From positions 960,001-1,024,000 of the forward strand of contig CAWDOD010000002.1 of NCBI GenBank assembly GCA_963803805.1: a stretch of 64,000 nt of DNA. The letters are read 5' to 3'. Under the pieces are notes generated by a model, which was given only the letters and a program-made list of their open reading frames with translations, searched no databases and had not been told where the DNA came from. Of the stretch, positions 30,927-41,596 are shown piece by piece (positions within the stretch are counted from its first letter, which is position 1; the number at the start of each line of letters is the position of its first letter). Origin of the DNA: an uncultured cyanobacterium. Lineage in GTDB: Bacteria > Cyanobacteriota > Cyanobacteriia > Cyanobacteriales > CAWCAG01. The position numbers and the translations under genes were made by a program.

Positions 30927-30995
30927 TTTGCTAATTGCTAGTTGCTAGTCGCTAGTTGCTAACTGAATCATTGATAACTGATAACTGATGACTGA
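30927..30995. repeat. Short tandem heptamer repeats (STRR-like)
   Basis: TTGCTAG-like and TGATAAC-like heptamers; similar tracts at ~31606-31640, 34165-34230, 41511-41550. Confidence 0.7.
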
Positions 30996-31601
30996 ATGAA
31001 GCCTTTAATTTTAGGAATTTCTGGTGCTTCTGGTTTAATTTATGCTGTACGTGCTTTGAAATTCCTTTTAGAGGCAGAGTACAGCATTGAACTAGTTGCT
31101 TCCAAAGCCAGCTATATGGTTTGGCAAGCGGAACAAAACATCCGTATGCCTCCGGAACCAGAACAGCAAGAACTCTTCTGGCGACAGCAAGCTGGAGTAG
31201 AAAGTAGTGGTAAGCTTAATTGCCATCGCTGGGCAGATGTGGGAGCAAATATTGCTAGCGGTTCTTTTCGTACTTTAGGGATGATTGTTATTCCCTGTAG
31301 TATGAGTACAGTGGCTAAAATTGCGGCTGGTTTGAGTTCTGATTTACTGGAGCGGGCTGCTGATGTACAAATAAAAGAAGGAGGGAAATTAATTGTTATG
31401 CCCAGAGAAACTCCTTTGAGCCTAATTCATTTGCGTAACTTAACTCAGTTAGCAGAAACTGGCGTAAGAATTGTTCCTGCTATTCCTGCTTGGTATCATA
31501 ATCCCCAAACTATTGAAGATTTGGTAGATTTTGTAGTGGCAAGAACTTTAGATCAACTGGATATTGATTGTGTACCTATTAATCGGTGGAAGGAAGATTA
31601 A
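30996..31601 (+). CDS. ubiX: Flavin prenyltransferase
   Basis: GISGASG, IASGSF, PCSMST, ERAADV, PRETP. Confidence 0.93.
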   Translation: MKPLILGISGASGLIYAVRALKFLLEAEYSIELVASKASYMVWQAEQNIRMPPEPEQQELFWRQQAGVESSGKLNCHRWADVGANIASGSFRTLGMIVIPCSMSTVAKIAAGLSSDLLERAADVQIKEGGKLIVMPRETPLSLIHLRNLTQLAETGVRIVPAIPAWYHNPQTIEDLVDFVVARTLDQLDIDCVPINRWKED

Positions 31602-31701
31602 TAATGGCTAGTCGCTAGTGGCTAGTGGCTAATTGCTAAAGGGTTGTTGTGTTTACTACAGGCAAAAGTAAATTATAAAACTTATTACTTGATTAAACGA
31701 G

Positions 31702-32283
31702 ATGGCTCTAATTCGTATGTTGGTGTTGCTGGTAGTCTTTGGGGGAGGGACTGTTTTTGTCTTGCAGAACTTCTCTCCAGCTTTGCCTTTAGTGGTTTTT
31801 GGCAGTCAAACTTTAACTTTGCCAGTGGGATTATGGCTATTGCTTTTTTTATTGGCTGGGGCTTTAACTGGACTTTTCTTACAAATAATTAATTATAGCC
31901 CCAGGCCATCACCAAAAGATTATCGGGAAAGAAAAGTTACTGTTTCCCCTCCCCCTCCTCCACAAAGTGGGAACTACAAAAGAGAAAGACAAAGAGAAGC
32001 AGAAACAACCTCAAATGCAAGTTCTTATCCCTCTGTTGAACCTGACCAAACAATTACATCTCCACCTATCAATAATCAACCAGAAACGAAGCAAGACAAA
32101 GAAGATGTTGAACTAAAATTTCCTTCAAACAATTCCTTCGACTCGGTTGATGTTCCCCCTCAAGACAAGACTAACTCTCCTAAAGTAGATAAAATTCATG
32201 ACGCTAACTATCGCGTTATTGAACCCCCTACCAGCCCCAATGGAGAGGTGGGAAAAGATGATGATGATGAAGAATGGATTTAA
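31702..32283 (+). CDS. LapA-like membrane protein with disordered tail
   Basis: VFVLQN...LPVGLWLL two-TM N-terminus. Confidence 0.65.
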   Translation: MALIRMLVLLVVFGGGTVFVLQNFSPALPLVVFGSQTLTLPVGLWLLLFLLAGALTGLFLQIINYSPRPSPKDYRERKVTVSPPPPPQSGNYKRERQREAETTSNASSYPSVEPDQTITSPPINNQPETKQDKEDVELKFPSNNSFDSVDVPPQDKTNSPKVDKIHDANYRVIEPPTSPNGEVGKDDDDEEWI

Positions 32284-32483
32284 TCTTTACAGCCTGAAAA
32301 AATCAACTCTCGCGACTGTTGCCTTACCCTACCCAGCATCGCTGCTTGCTGCAAAGTCATGAAGGCTTCAAAATCCTCCTGACAATATTTTTTCCTGAGT
32401 AATTGTCTTAATATTTCCTCCGCTTCCACTGTTAAATAACCAGTTTCCAAAGCCTGTCTAACCACATCACGAATGAATTCCAT
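32280..32483 (-). CDS. Conserved small cyanobacterial protein
   Basis: IRDVVRQALETGYLTVEAE...LQQAAMLGRVRQQSRE. Confidence 0.75.
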   Translation of the reverse strand: MEFIRDVVRQALETGYLTVEAEEILRQLLRKKYCQEDFEAFMTLQQAAMLGRVRQQSRELIFSGCKD

Positions 32484-32913
32484 TTTCTTAAACTCTACTT
32501 TTAGTAAAAATGCACCTTGAAAATACTGAAGCAGTTTTGCCTTTAATTATGTATTTCCCAGTAATTGGACTGGGAATAAAATTTACTAACAAAACGTAAT
32601 AAGAGAAAGACCTTGGGTAATATCACTAGTAATTATTAAAATTACTATGAAGATACTGCAAAATGTAAAAGAAATACCAGCTAAATGTCAATAGCCTTTG
32701 GTGTAAATTAAGTACTTGTCTTATAGTTTCTCTCAAAAGGCACTTTTGTTAATTGCGGTGCAGAGGTCGGAACGAAGCGCCACCTATGGGTGCATTCACA
32801 AGCTAACAAGCGCAAGGGAACGCGCACCGGTTGACAATTAATAATTGACAATTAATAATTATTTGATTTGGTTGAAAACTTCTCCTTGAAGAAAAAAAGA
32901 AAACCAGATATAA

Positions 32914-33468
32914 ATGATGATGATGAATAACCCTTTAAAAGGTATTAATGTTTTCCTCATTGGTATGATGGGGGCAGGAAAAACTAGTGTTGGCAAGAGT
33001 TTAGCCCAAAAGTTAAGTTACCGTTTTTTTGATACAGATATTCTGTTAGAAAAAGTTGTAGGTCAAAGTATCGAAGAAATATTTGCAACCCAAGGAGAAG
33101 AGGTTTTCCGAGAGCTAGAGAGTAAAGTCTTAGGACAACTATGTGCCTATACCAAAAGCGCGATCGCCACAGGGGGAGGCATTATTTCAAAACAAGAAAA
33201 CTGGGGCTATCTTCACCACGGTTTGATTGTTTGGTTAGATGCCCCTGTGGAACTTTTGGTTCAGCGTCTGGCTACAGATACCACCAGACCTTTATTGAAA
33301 GAAACAGATCCCACCCAAAAATTAACATCCCTACTTGCCAATAGACAATCTCTTTATTCTCAAGCCGATTTGCAAATCAAAATTAAGCCAGACCAATCTC
33401 CAGAGCAAATTTCTGAGCAAATTTTGGCTCAAATTCCGACAGTCTTGAAAAATAAAGTTCATTCTTAG
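32914..33468 (+). CDS. aroK: Shikimate kinase
   Basis: GMMGAGKT, DTD, FRELE, ATGGG, RPLL. Confidence 0.95.
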   Translation: MMMMNNPLKGINVFLIGMMGAGKTSVGKSLAQKLSYRFFDTDILLEKVVGQSIEEIFATQGEEVFRELESKVLGQLCAYTKSAIATGGGIISKQENWGYLHHGLIVWLDAPVELLVQRLATDTTRPLLKETDPTQKLTSLLANRQSLYSQADLQIKIKPDQSPEQISEQILAQIPTVLKNKVHS

Positions 33469-33542
33469 GAATAGCCAGCTATAATGATAAATTTGGGTTA
33501 GATTTTATTACCTAAAAGTAAATGTAGGAGAAAGAAAGTTAT

Positions 33543-34151
33543 ATGTCTCGTTATAGAGGCCCGCGTTTGCGGGTTATTCGTCGTCTAGGAGAACTACCAG
33601 GCTTAACTCGCAAAAATGCCCGTAGAGCTTATCCTCCCGGAGAACATGGCCAAGCACGCCGTAAGCGCTCAGAATATGCTATTCGCTTAGAAGAAAAGCA
33701 AAAACTACGCTACAACTACGGTGTAACGGAAAAGCAACTGATTAGCTATGTTCGTAAAGCGAGACGGGCTACAGGTTCTACGGGGCAATCTTTACTACAA
33801 TTACTAGAAATGCGCCTAGATAATACAGTGTTTCGTTTAGGAATGGCTGGTACAATTCCTGGAGCGCGACAATTAGTAAGCCATGGTCACGTTACTGTTA
33901 ATGGCAGAGTGCTGAACATTCCTAGCTATCAATGTCGTCCTGGAGATGTCATTAGTGTTAAGGATAAAGCGGCTTCTCGCAAGCTTGTAGAAGCGAATAT
34001 GGAATATCCTGGTTTAGCAAATATTCCCAGTCACTTAGAATTTGATAAAAATACTTTGACGGGTAAGGTTAACGGTGTTGTGGATCGCGAATGGATCGCC
34101 CTACAAATCAACGAACTACTCGTGGTTGAGTACTACTCCCGTAAGGCTTAA
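33543..34151 (+). CDS. rpsD: 30S ribosomal protein S4
   Basis: MSRYRGPRL...LEMRLDN...VVEYYSR. Confidence 0.98.
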   Translation: MSRYRGPRLRVIRRLGELPGLTRKNARRAYPPGEHGQARRKRSEYAIRLEEKQKLRYNYGVTEKQLISYVRKARRATGSTGQSLLQLLEMRLDNTVFRLGMAGTIPGARQLVSHGHVTVNGRVLNIPSYQCRPGDVISVKDKAASRKLVEANMEYPGLANIPSHLEFDKNTLTGKVNGVVDREWIALQINELLVVEYYSRKA

Positions 34152-34231
34152 TTATTTGTTCCGAGTAATTAAGTAATAAGTAATAAGTTCAAGAATATAC
34201 TATTACCTATTACTTATTACTTATTACCTTT

Positions 34232-34918
34232 ATGGTACTACGCCTACTCCAACTAGCCAGTTCAGCCTTACCAGTTGGGGCTTATAATTATTCTGAAGGA
34301 TTAGAATTCTTAGTCGAAAAAGGCGCGATTACAACTCCAGAAAGTTTAGAATCTTGGTTAGAACAAGAATTAGTTTTTGGAGTTATTCGTCTAGAAACTG
34401 CCGTTATGGTGCGCTCTCATAATTGTTTGACTACAGGTAATTTAGCAAAACTAAATTATTGGAATAACTGGCTTAGTGCCAGTAAAGAAACGGCAGAATT
34501 GCGTCAACAAAGTTGGCAAATGGGAAGTACTTTGATGCGTTTGTTGGGAGATATGCCTCTTGGTCAGCAAGACAAAAATCTTCCTACTTGGCAACAAGTT
34601 ACCGCTAATTTAGATAAGCCCTCTAATTACGGAATCGCCTTTGGAGTAGGGGCAGCTTACTGGCAAATAAGAATTGAAGAAGCAATCCTTGGTTACTTAC
34701 AAAGTTGGGCAACTAATCTTATTGGTGTCGGGGTTAAGTTAATTCCTTTAGGTCAAACAAAAGGTCAGCAATTATTATTTAAGCTTGACTCTCAAATAAG
34801 TGATATAGCAAAGGAAGTAATAACTTTGGAAGATGAGGATTTATGTAGTTGTGGTTGGGGCTTAAGTTTAGCAAGTATGGCTCATGAGACTCAATATACG
34901 AGGTTATTTCGTAGTTGA
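34232..34918 (+). CDS. ureF: Urease accessory protein UreF
   Basis: LQLASSALPVGAYNYSEGLE...IPLGQ...HETQYTRLFRS. Confidence 0.93.
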   Translation: MVLRLLQLASSALPVGAYNYSEGLEFLVEKGAITTPESLESWLEQELVFGVIRLETAVMVRSHNCLTTGNLAKLNYWNNWLSASKETAELRQQSWQMGSTLMRLLGDMPLGQQDKNLPTWQQVTANLDKPSNYGIAFGVGAAYWQIRIEEAILGYLQSWATNLIGVGVKLIPLGQTKGQQLLFKLDSQISDIAKEVITLEDEDLCSCGWGLSLASMAHETQYTRLFRS

Positions 34919-34991
34919 TAAATAAAGTATCACTATTGCAGAAAAAGCCAACTATTTTGATTACACGTGAGTTCGACATTCCCAGCAATCA

Positions 34992-36140
34992 TCAATTATC
35001 AATTATCAATTCCTTCTCATACATACGATACTTTTTATATAAATAACTACCGCTAGCTTCAATTATTTTACGAGAAGGAAAATTGTCTTCCCAAACCCAA
35101 GATGAATCTGTTCGTTTGTAAGGCTTCCCTTTTTTTATGCCCCCCTGCAAAGACAAATACATCAAAGCTAGAGGAATTAGCTTACGACGATGTTCTGGTA
35201 AAGAACAAATAACAATTACCCTCGCTTGATCAATTTGACGACGATACCAAAGAAACTTGAGAATACCAAGCCAATTGAGCTTGCCATTAACTTGTTTGAG
35301 GGGAATATTATAATCTGGTATAGCCATGAGAAAACCTACCATTTCCCCTTCATATTCAGCGATTGGAAAAATATCCGGGTCTATTAACGGTTGTAACTCC
35401 TTTGCTTCTTCAAAAAACTCTTCCTCGCTACGGGGGGTAGAACTCCAGTTATCAGCAAAAGTTTTAGTGAATAATTGATAGATACTACGGCAATCCTGTT
35501 CAAATTCTGCCCCTTTGGTATGAACAGGGCGGAAGTTTACACCTGACTTACAAGCAATGCGATAAGACTTAACGTACTTTTCCGGTACGAACTTTTCTAA
35601 AGGCATATCATAAGCATAAGCATCTTTAGCTTTGTGCAAACCAGCTTGTTCAAAAAACTGGGGGTAATAGGTAGGATTGTAAGCTGTCATGATTACAGGA
35701 GGAGAATCAAACCCTTCAATTAAACATAAACAGTTATTGTGGGTAGATAAGTCAATTGGCCCCCTGAGTAGGTTTATATTGCGATCGCGCAACCATTGGG
35801 AAGCAGCATCTAATAACCCTTGGGCAATAGAAAAGTCTTCAATACATTCAAAGTAACCAAATAAACCAATTGATTCACCTGTTTTTTCAATTAATCTGTT
35901 ATTAATGGCAGCAACAATTCTGCCGATAGGTTTTCCCTCCGTTAGGGCAATAAACTGTTGAAACTTGCCATACTCCAAAAAAGGATTGCTAACTGATAAA
36001 GCTAACTGCTTGGCAATACTGCTACGAATAGGAGGAACCCAGTTAGGGTCATTTGCATATACCCTAGCTGGTACGTCCAAAAACATTTCCCTGTCTGCTG
36101 GGTTGACAACAGCTTTAATTTTGAAATTTGTTTCGCTCAT
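34992..36140 (-). CDS. GNAT-fold N-acyltransferase, YghO / bacterial ceramide synthase (bCerS)-like
   Basis: VYANDPNWVPP, GRIVAAIN, FGYFECIED, GP, EGFDSPP..M..YNP.YY, PDYN, SWVWEDN motifs. Confidence 0.75.
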   Translation of the reverse strand: MSETNFKIKAVVNPADREMFLDVPARVYANDPNWVPPIRSSIAKQLALSVSNPFLEYGKFQQFIALTEGKPIGRIVAAINNRLIEKTGESIGLFGYFECIEDFSIAQGLLDAASQWLRDRNINLLRGPIDLSTHNNCLCLIEGFDSPPVIMTAYNPTYYPQFFEQAGLHKAKDAYAYDMPLEKFVPEKYVKSYRIACKSGVNFRPVHTKGAEFEQDCRSIYQLFTKTFADNWSSTPRSEEEFFEEAKELQPLIDPDIFPIAEYEGEMVGFLMAIPDYNIPLKQVNGKLNWLGILKFLWYRRQIDQARVIVICSLPEHRRKLIPLALMYLSLQGGIKKGKPYKRTDSSWVWEDNFPSRKIIEASGSYLYKKYRMYEKELIIDN

Positions 36141-36156
36141 CCTGGACTTTATTTAA

Positions 36157-37542
36157 TTAAGCACTGATTGTTCTAGCTGTTGGTTTATACAAAGCCTCTC
36201 TGGTGGCGATTAAAGCTTCTACCAAACGATCCATTTCTTCTTGGGTATGGAGGGCATTAGCGGTGATCCGGAGGCGAGGCTTGGCAATAAACCAAATGGG
36301 AGATACCCAAATACCATGTTTTTCCATGAGATGGGTGGCAAATTCTTTGGGATTTAATTCTTCTGGCAGGAGGACAGGAATCACATTAGTTTCTCCGATG
36401 GCCGCAAAATCATTTTCCAACAGATGAGATCGCAAGTAACGGGTATTTTCTTGGAGAGTAGCTACAAGTTGGGGTTGGGAACGAACTTGGCGAATACTTG
36501 CTAAAGCTGCTGCTGTTGTGGGTGGTGGCAAGGAAATAGTACCAATGGAAGTAGGGCAAACATCTAACAAATCGATTAATTCACTAACATGACTGCTAAT
36601 AGCTGCCCCCGCCGAAGCTGCAAACTTAGAAAAAGTTGTCATAATCAAAGGCACTACCCCTTTGTCAATAACCTGTTGGGGCAAGATACCAAAATGTTCA
36701 TAAATGCCCCTTCCCGTAGCGCCAATTGCCCCACTAGCATGGGCCTCATCCATGACAATCACACTACCAGGATAATCCGCTAAAACCTCAATCATCTCTG
36801 GTAAAGGGGCAATATCTCCATCCATAGAAAATACCGCATCAGAAACCACCAAAATACGATCATCAGGACGGGCATAGCGACGCAGTTTTCGGGCTAAATC
36901 CTGAACATCACAATGGCGATAGGGCTTAACCCTCACCCTGGGGCTATGACCATAAACCTTACCCGAACGAGTTCCGGCATTAACCACAGCAGAAAGGATA
37001 CAACCGTGGTTAAGGACATCGGTAAGAATCAAAGTTTCGCGGGTATGTTTAAAACCAGGAACCCTAGCAGCTAGGTGGCAAAATCCATCCATCAATGCTT
37101 GCATAGCCATCCAAGCATTGAGAAACAGGTGGGTATGGGGTAAATGCTTAAAATCAGAAATTTCTTGTTCTAGCTGTCTGTGGAGGTCAATGCGACCGCT
37201 CAATACAGAACAAGAACTATTGGAAGTGCCGTATTGATAAATAGCATCAATGGCTGCTTGCTTCACAGATTCTGATTGTACTAAACCCAGAACATCATTA
37301 GTACAAAAGGTCAAAACCGTCCTTAATTTACCGCTCTTATCTTCTTCAATTTCAACTAAATTACCTTTCTTGTGATGGCAGATAAATTTATCGGGATAAA
37401 GTCCACTTTCATGGAGGCCTTGCATATAATCTTTGACAACTTGCACTTCTTCTACTCCTGGTGACCTTTTCCTAAATAACCTTTTGGCTCTGCTTGTAAT
37501 GATGCTGTGCGCTCTAGCACCTAATGTCTCCTCTACATCCAA
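36157..37542 (-). CDS. PLP-dependent alpha-oxoamine synthase (SPT/BioF/KBL family); start may be GTG at 37446
   Basis: TNDVLGL, LNHGCI, FSMDGD, DEAHA, TFSK (PLP lysine), RLRIT. Confidence 0.85.
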   Translation of the reverse strand: MDVEETLGARAHSIITSRAKRLFRKRSPGVEEVQVVKDYMQGLHESGLYPDKFICHHKKGNLVEIEEDKSGKLRTVLTFCTNDVLGLVQSESVKQAAIDAIYQYGTSNSSCSVLSGRIDLHRQLEQEISDFKHLPHTHLFLNAWMAMQALMDGFCHLAARVPGFKHTRETLILTDVLNHGCILSAVVNAGTRSGKVYGHSPRVRVKPYRHCDVQDLARKLRRYARPDDRILVVSDAVFSMDGDIAPLPEMIEVLADYPGSVIVMDEAHASGAIGATGRGIYEHFGILPQQVIDKGVVPLIMTTFSKFAASAGAAISSHVSELIDLLDVCPTSIGTISLPPPTTAAALASIRQVRSQPQLVATLQENTRYLRSHLLENDFAAIGETNVIPVLLPEELNPKEFATHLMEKHGIWVSPIWFIAKPRLRITANALHTQEEMDRLVEALIATREALYKPTARTISA

Positions 37543-37605
37543 GAACTAAATAATGACTATCTTTAATGACTGATTTGCCCAAGAGCAAGTTTCAAAGCAT
37601 TATAC

Positions 37606-38718
37606 TCAGTTTAAAGATACCGAGTCATTGGCATTCTTATTAAGATTAGGAGACGATTGACTAGATTGTTGCACAAATTTTTCATATTGCCGGATAATTA
37701 GTCGCTGAAGAGCAATAATAGCAGGATTTATTTCCACATATTTTCTCTGAGGATTAGCAAGATAGTTTTTTTGTTCGCTTTCAATCATGGCAATATCTTG
37801 AAGCAGGAATTTTTTGAGTAAAAAGCGCCAAATAAATTTACTGAGTAAGGGTTTGCATTTAGCGATTAACCACTGAGGTAAGGGTAATTTCAAGAACAAT
37901 AGGGAAAAGGAACGGGTTTCTTGTGGCCCCACAGGTAAACGCATTAAATACATCGAAGAAACCCCTTCTAAGGAACTGTAGTAGTGGGGATAACGATAAC
38001 GGATAGAGATATTTTTAGTTGTGACTTGATTGGCTTGGCTACTAAGTCCAAGAATCTTGGATAGAAAGCCCCGATAAGAAATTTGATAATCCGCTTGCAG
38101 TTCCCCTGAACTTTGCTGCAAATTAAGTAAAACCGGATCGAACCAGCCTTGTATATCCTGATGCAAGAAACCATGGAAAACATCCATCGTATTTTCATTA
38201 CAGATGGAAAAATGGGCTTGAAAATGAGCTGGTATAGGAATGGCAATTAATTGAGGATCACTATACTCTGGTACTTCTGGGGGCTGAGATTGGGCTGCTA
38301 AAGTAGGTTCTCCAGGAAAAACCCAAATTATGCCATATTGATCTAAAGTTGGATAGCTACGGGCTTGGGCGCAGGGCAATTTTTGTTCTGGGGGTAAATA
38401 AGGGATTTTTACACATTTACCATCTTCGCCAAATTCCCAACCGTGATAGGGGCAAACAAGATTGTCACCATGTACAGCACCATTATGAAGGGCTACACCT
38501 TTATGGGGACAAGCATCTGCCAAAGCGTGAACTTTTTTATTCTGGTCACGATAAACAGCGATCGCCTCTTGCCAAATTACAACACGGAGAATTTTCCCTG
38601 CTTTAATTTCATGGCTCCAAGCTACAGGATACCAATGGTTAGGGTCTATCCCAACTTCTCTAATTCTCTGAATTTGAACATTCTGGCTTTGTAAGGTGGG
38701 AGCCAGTTTCATGCGCAA
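37606..38718 (-). CDS. Rieske non-heme iron oxygenase
   Basis: CPHKG...CPYHGW Rieske motif; ENTMDVFHGFLH mononuclear Fe motif; C-terminal QD. Confidence 0.92.
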   Translation of the reverse strand: MRMKLAPTLQSQNVQIQRIREVGIDPNHWYPVAWSHEIKAGKILRVVIWQEAIAVYRDQNKKVHALADACPHKGVALHNGAVHGDNLVCPYHGWEFGEDGKCVKIPYLPPEQKLPCAQARSYPTLDQYGIIWVFPGEPTLAAQSQPPEVPEYSDPQLIAIPIPAHFQAHFSICNENTMDVFHGFLHQDIQGWFDPVLLNLQQSSGELQADYQISYRGFLSKILGLSSQANQVTTKNISIRYRYPHYYSSLEGVSSMYLMRLPVGPQETRSFSLLFLKLPLPQWLIAKCKPLLSKFIWRFLLKKFLLQDIAMIESEQKNYLANPQRKYVEINPAIIALQRLIIRQYEKFVQQSSQSSPNLNKNANDSVSLN

Positions 38719-39049
38719 CTCCTATCTTCAATAATAATTTAGTGACAATCTATTTAGAGTCGCATAATACCAGACTGGGCAACTATAGTAGCCCATAAGT
38801 TTAGGCCCGCATCAATGCAATAACTGTCACAAATATAGCGAAAAGTAGAAAAATAGCGCTTTTACTAGGGGATAAATGTCGCATTTAAAGCTGATATCAA
38901 GCTTAATACCTCCTAGAGAGCAACTATGATTTCAACTTTTCGCGCCAAGATGTTGTTTATTTGTCATATTGATTTGTGGTGCAGTAACCTCTTAAGACAA
39001 CTTTTGAGCATTTTTTCTGTATAGCAGTTTATTTTTTTAGAATCTTATA

Positions 39050-40225
39050 ATGTTAAGCGATCGCAAAATCATGGGGCAGGAAAACTTAAGACTGCCTTTA
39101 GTTCTGCTGGCTGGTTCGTTGATTACTATGGCAGGAGGAGTTTTAGCGCCAATCTTACCAGAGTTGGCACAACAGTTAAATCTCAACCCCGTTTTAGTAG
39201 GAAATTTAGTTAGTATTCATTGTTTAACCCTAGCTTTATTTTGTTTGCCCTTGGGGATATTAACGGATCAACTCAGCCCTTCTAAAGTATTAATTCCTTC
39301 TCTTGCTCTCTATAGTATTTTCGGCTGTGCAGGTGCTTTGATGACAGACTTTTGGCCTTTACTGGCTACAAGGGCTTTATTAGGTGCTGCTAGCGGCGGT
39401 ATTGCAGCAGCCAGTTTGGGTTGGTTGGGGCAAGAATATGAAGGGGAAGAACGTTCCCAGGCTATTGGTTATGCTACAGCAACTTTAACTATCGCTGGCA
39501 TTATTTGCCCTTTACTAGGGGGTTGGTTAGGCTCTTGGAACTGGCGATGGGCTTTTTGTTTATATGGAGTAGGTTTACCCCTAGCTTTTCTTACTGCTTG
39601 GATTATTGCACCTAGTGAATCCCGCAGCCGTGGCAAAGCCCACGCTGTACCTGATCTTGATAAAACTTTCAGAAAGCTATTGCGTCATCGGGCTTTTTGG
39701 CGACTCTTAGTAAGTTTAGGGATGGCTTCTTTGGTTATGTATGCTGTATTTATTTATTTACCTCTTTACCTCAAACAAACCAGCAATACTACCCCGACTT
39801 TAAATGGCTTGTTGCTAGCTTGTGAATCCCTTGGTGCAGCCCTAATCTCAGCTTTTGGTGTTCAACCCCTTGCTCAAAAAATTGGTCGCGATCGCTCTAC
39901 AGCTATAGGTTTTACCCTCATGGCAGGAATGTTAGCAATTATTCCCCTATTTCAAGATTATGTTGCTCTACTTTTTGTCGCGATCTTTTTTGGGATCGGG
40001 CTGGGGTTAGTTATTCCCAACACCTACAATACCCTAGCTAATTTAGCACCACAAAAACTACAAGGAAGTATTCTCGCCACAGGAACTGGAGCTAGCTTTC
40101 TGGGGCAATTTCTTAGTCCCATCCTCTTAGGGCCAATTCTTGGTATTGGGGATATAACCTGGGTTTTTTATACTGCTGCGGCTGTAGCTTTGACTGGAGG
40201 ATGTATTTTATTCTACAAGACCTAA
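39050..40225 (+). CDS. MFS transporter
   Basis: About 12 TMs, GILTDQLS, RALLG, WRWAF. Confidence 0.88.
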   Translation: MLSDRKIMGQENLRLPLVLLAGSLITMAGGVLAPILPELAQQLNLNPVLVGNLVSIHCLTLALFCLPLGILTDQLSPSKVLIPSLALYSIFGCAGALMTDFWPLLATRALLGAASGGIAAASLGWLGQEYEGEERSQAIGYATATLTIAGIICPLLGGWLGSWNWRWAFCLYGVGLPLAFLTAWIIAPSESRSRGKAHAVPDLDKTFRKLLRHRAFWRLLVSLGMASLVMYAVFIYLPLYLKQTSNTTPTLNGLLLACESLGAALISAFGVQPLAQKIGRDRSTAIGFTLMAGMLAIIPLFQDYVALLFVAIFFGIGLGLVIPNTYNTLANLAPQKLQGSILATGTGASFLGQFLSPILLGPILGIGDITWVFYTAAAVALTGGCILFYKT

Positions 40226-40378
40226 GCATTTCTCCTAGCCAACCCCTAATTATCCCACTTCATTTATCTCTCTAAATTGCCCAACTCACCAACTTTCCCA
40301 TTTTCCCTTGTCCCCCTCCTCTCCAAATGGGAAGATAAAAACTAGGAAGCCTACATTAAATTAATAATTTATCAATTT

Positions 40379-41512
40379 ATGAAACTTACAGAAACTTTTT
40401 TCGGCAAGCAATGGCGGCGTTTGCTAAAAACCAGTCTAGTTGCCCTTCTGATGGTTAGTCTTTCCGTAGGATTGAGTGGTGCTTGGTGGAACTTTGGCGA
40501 AGAGGAAAATTCTTACCGTGAGAGTAGGTTGCCCCAAGGTAATGCCATTACTGATCCGACAGCTATTTTGCGTTACGCCCTACCGATTGAAAACGATACC
40601 ATTAGGAAATTACAACAAAGCTTAGAAGATATTGCTAATGAGCTACGAGGCAAGCGTTGGAGTCCCATTAGTCGAGATGTCAAAGAAGCTTCTAGGTTTT
40701 TGGGTAGTAGCGACAAAATTTTAGCTAGTATTCCTGTGGAGTATCAACCCCAAGCAGAATCTTTACTTACTCAAATGAAGGATGAAGTTAGTCAACTTCG
40801 TGAAGCAGTTGAGGCACAAGATAAAGAATTAGTTTGGACATTACGGCGAGAAATATTGGCGCAAATAACAGATTTAGAAGAGTTTATGGTAGCAGAATTT
40901 CCTTTTGAAGTTCCTGCTGAATATGCTAATTTACCTCAACTAAAAGGTCGTGCCACTGTAGAAATGAAGACCGATAAAGGTGATTTAGTATTAGTGGTAG
41001 ATGGTTATAATTCCCCAGTTACCGCCGGAAATTTCGTTGATTTAGTCGAAAAAGGTTTTTACGACGGCTTACCATTTATTCGCGCTGAAGATAATTATGT
41101 TCTGCAAACAGGAGATCCTAATGGACCAGAGGAAGGTTATGTAGATCCTAAAACTGGAGAATATCGCGCTATTCCTTTAGAAATTAAAATCAGAAGTGAA
41201 TTAGAACCGATTTATGGCAATACTCTAGAAGAACTTGGTTTATATCGCGAAGAAACAGTATTACCTTTTTCTGCCTATGGCGCTTTAGGTATGGCCCGTC
41301 CTGGCAATGAACCTAATGGTGGTTCTTCCCAATTTTTCTTCTTCTTATTTGTACCAGAATTAACCCCTGCTGGACTTAATCTTTTAGACGGTCGCTATAC
41401 AGTTTTTGGTTATACAGTGGAAGGCAAAGAAGTATTAGAGCAACTCAGAGCCGGAGATGAAATTATCTCAGCTAAAGTAGTAGATGGTTTGGATAATTTG
41501 GTGAAAAGCTAA
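40379..41512 (+). CDS. Thylakoid cyclophilin-type peptidyl-prolyl isomerase (TLP40/CYP38-like)
   Basis: LPQGNAITDPTAILRYALP, VDGYNSPVTAGNFVDLV, SSQFF, LDGRY. Confidence 0.9.
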   Translation: MKLTETFFGKQWRRLLKTSLVALLMVSLSVGLSGAWWNFGEEENSYRESRLPQGNAITDPTAILRYALPIENDTIRKLQQSLEDIANELRGKRWSPISRDVKEASRFLGSSDKILASIPVEYQPQAESLLTQMKDEVSQLREAVEAQDKELVWTLRREILAQITDLEEFMVAEFPFEVPAEYANLPQLKGRATVEMKTDKGDLVLVVDGYNSPVTAGNFVDLVEKGFYDGLPFIRAEDNYVLQTGDPNGPEEGYVDPKTGEYRAIPLEIKIRSELEPIYGNTLEELGLYREETVLPFSAYGALGMARPGNEPNGGSSQFFFFLFVPELTPAGLNLLDGRYTVFGYTVEGKEVLEQLRAGDEIISAKVVDGLDNLVKS

Positions 41513-41596
41513 TTGCTATTAGCTAGTCGCTAGTTGCTATTGGCTAGTTGCAAAACATCAGACTTCAAAGGATATTTTGTTTTGGGAATGTTCTGA

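Noticed and set aside
32755-32862. GC-rich stem (GGTGC…GCACC) and TTGACAATTAATAA x2 as a riboswitch or operator
   Set aside because: No match to a riboswitch consensus I can support; looks like short dispersed and heptamer-derived repeats
36157-37542. Plain BioF annotation
   Set aside because: No bio genes adjacent, and tight coupling to an N-acyltransferase and a Rieske oxygenase; left at family level
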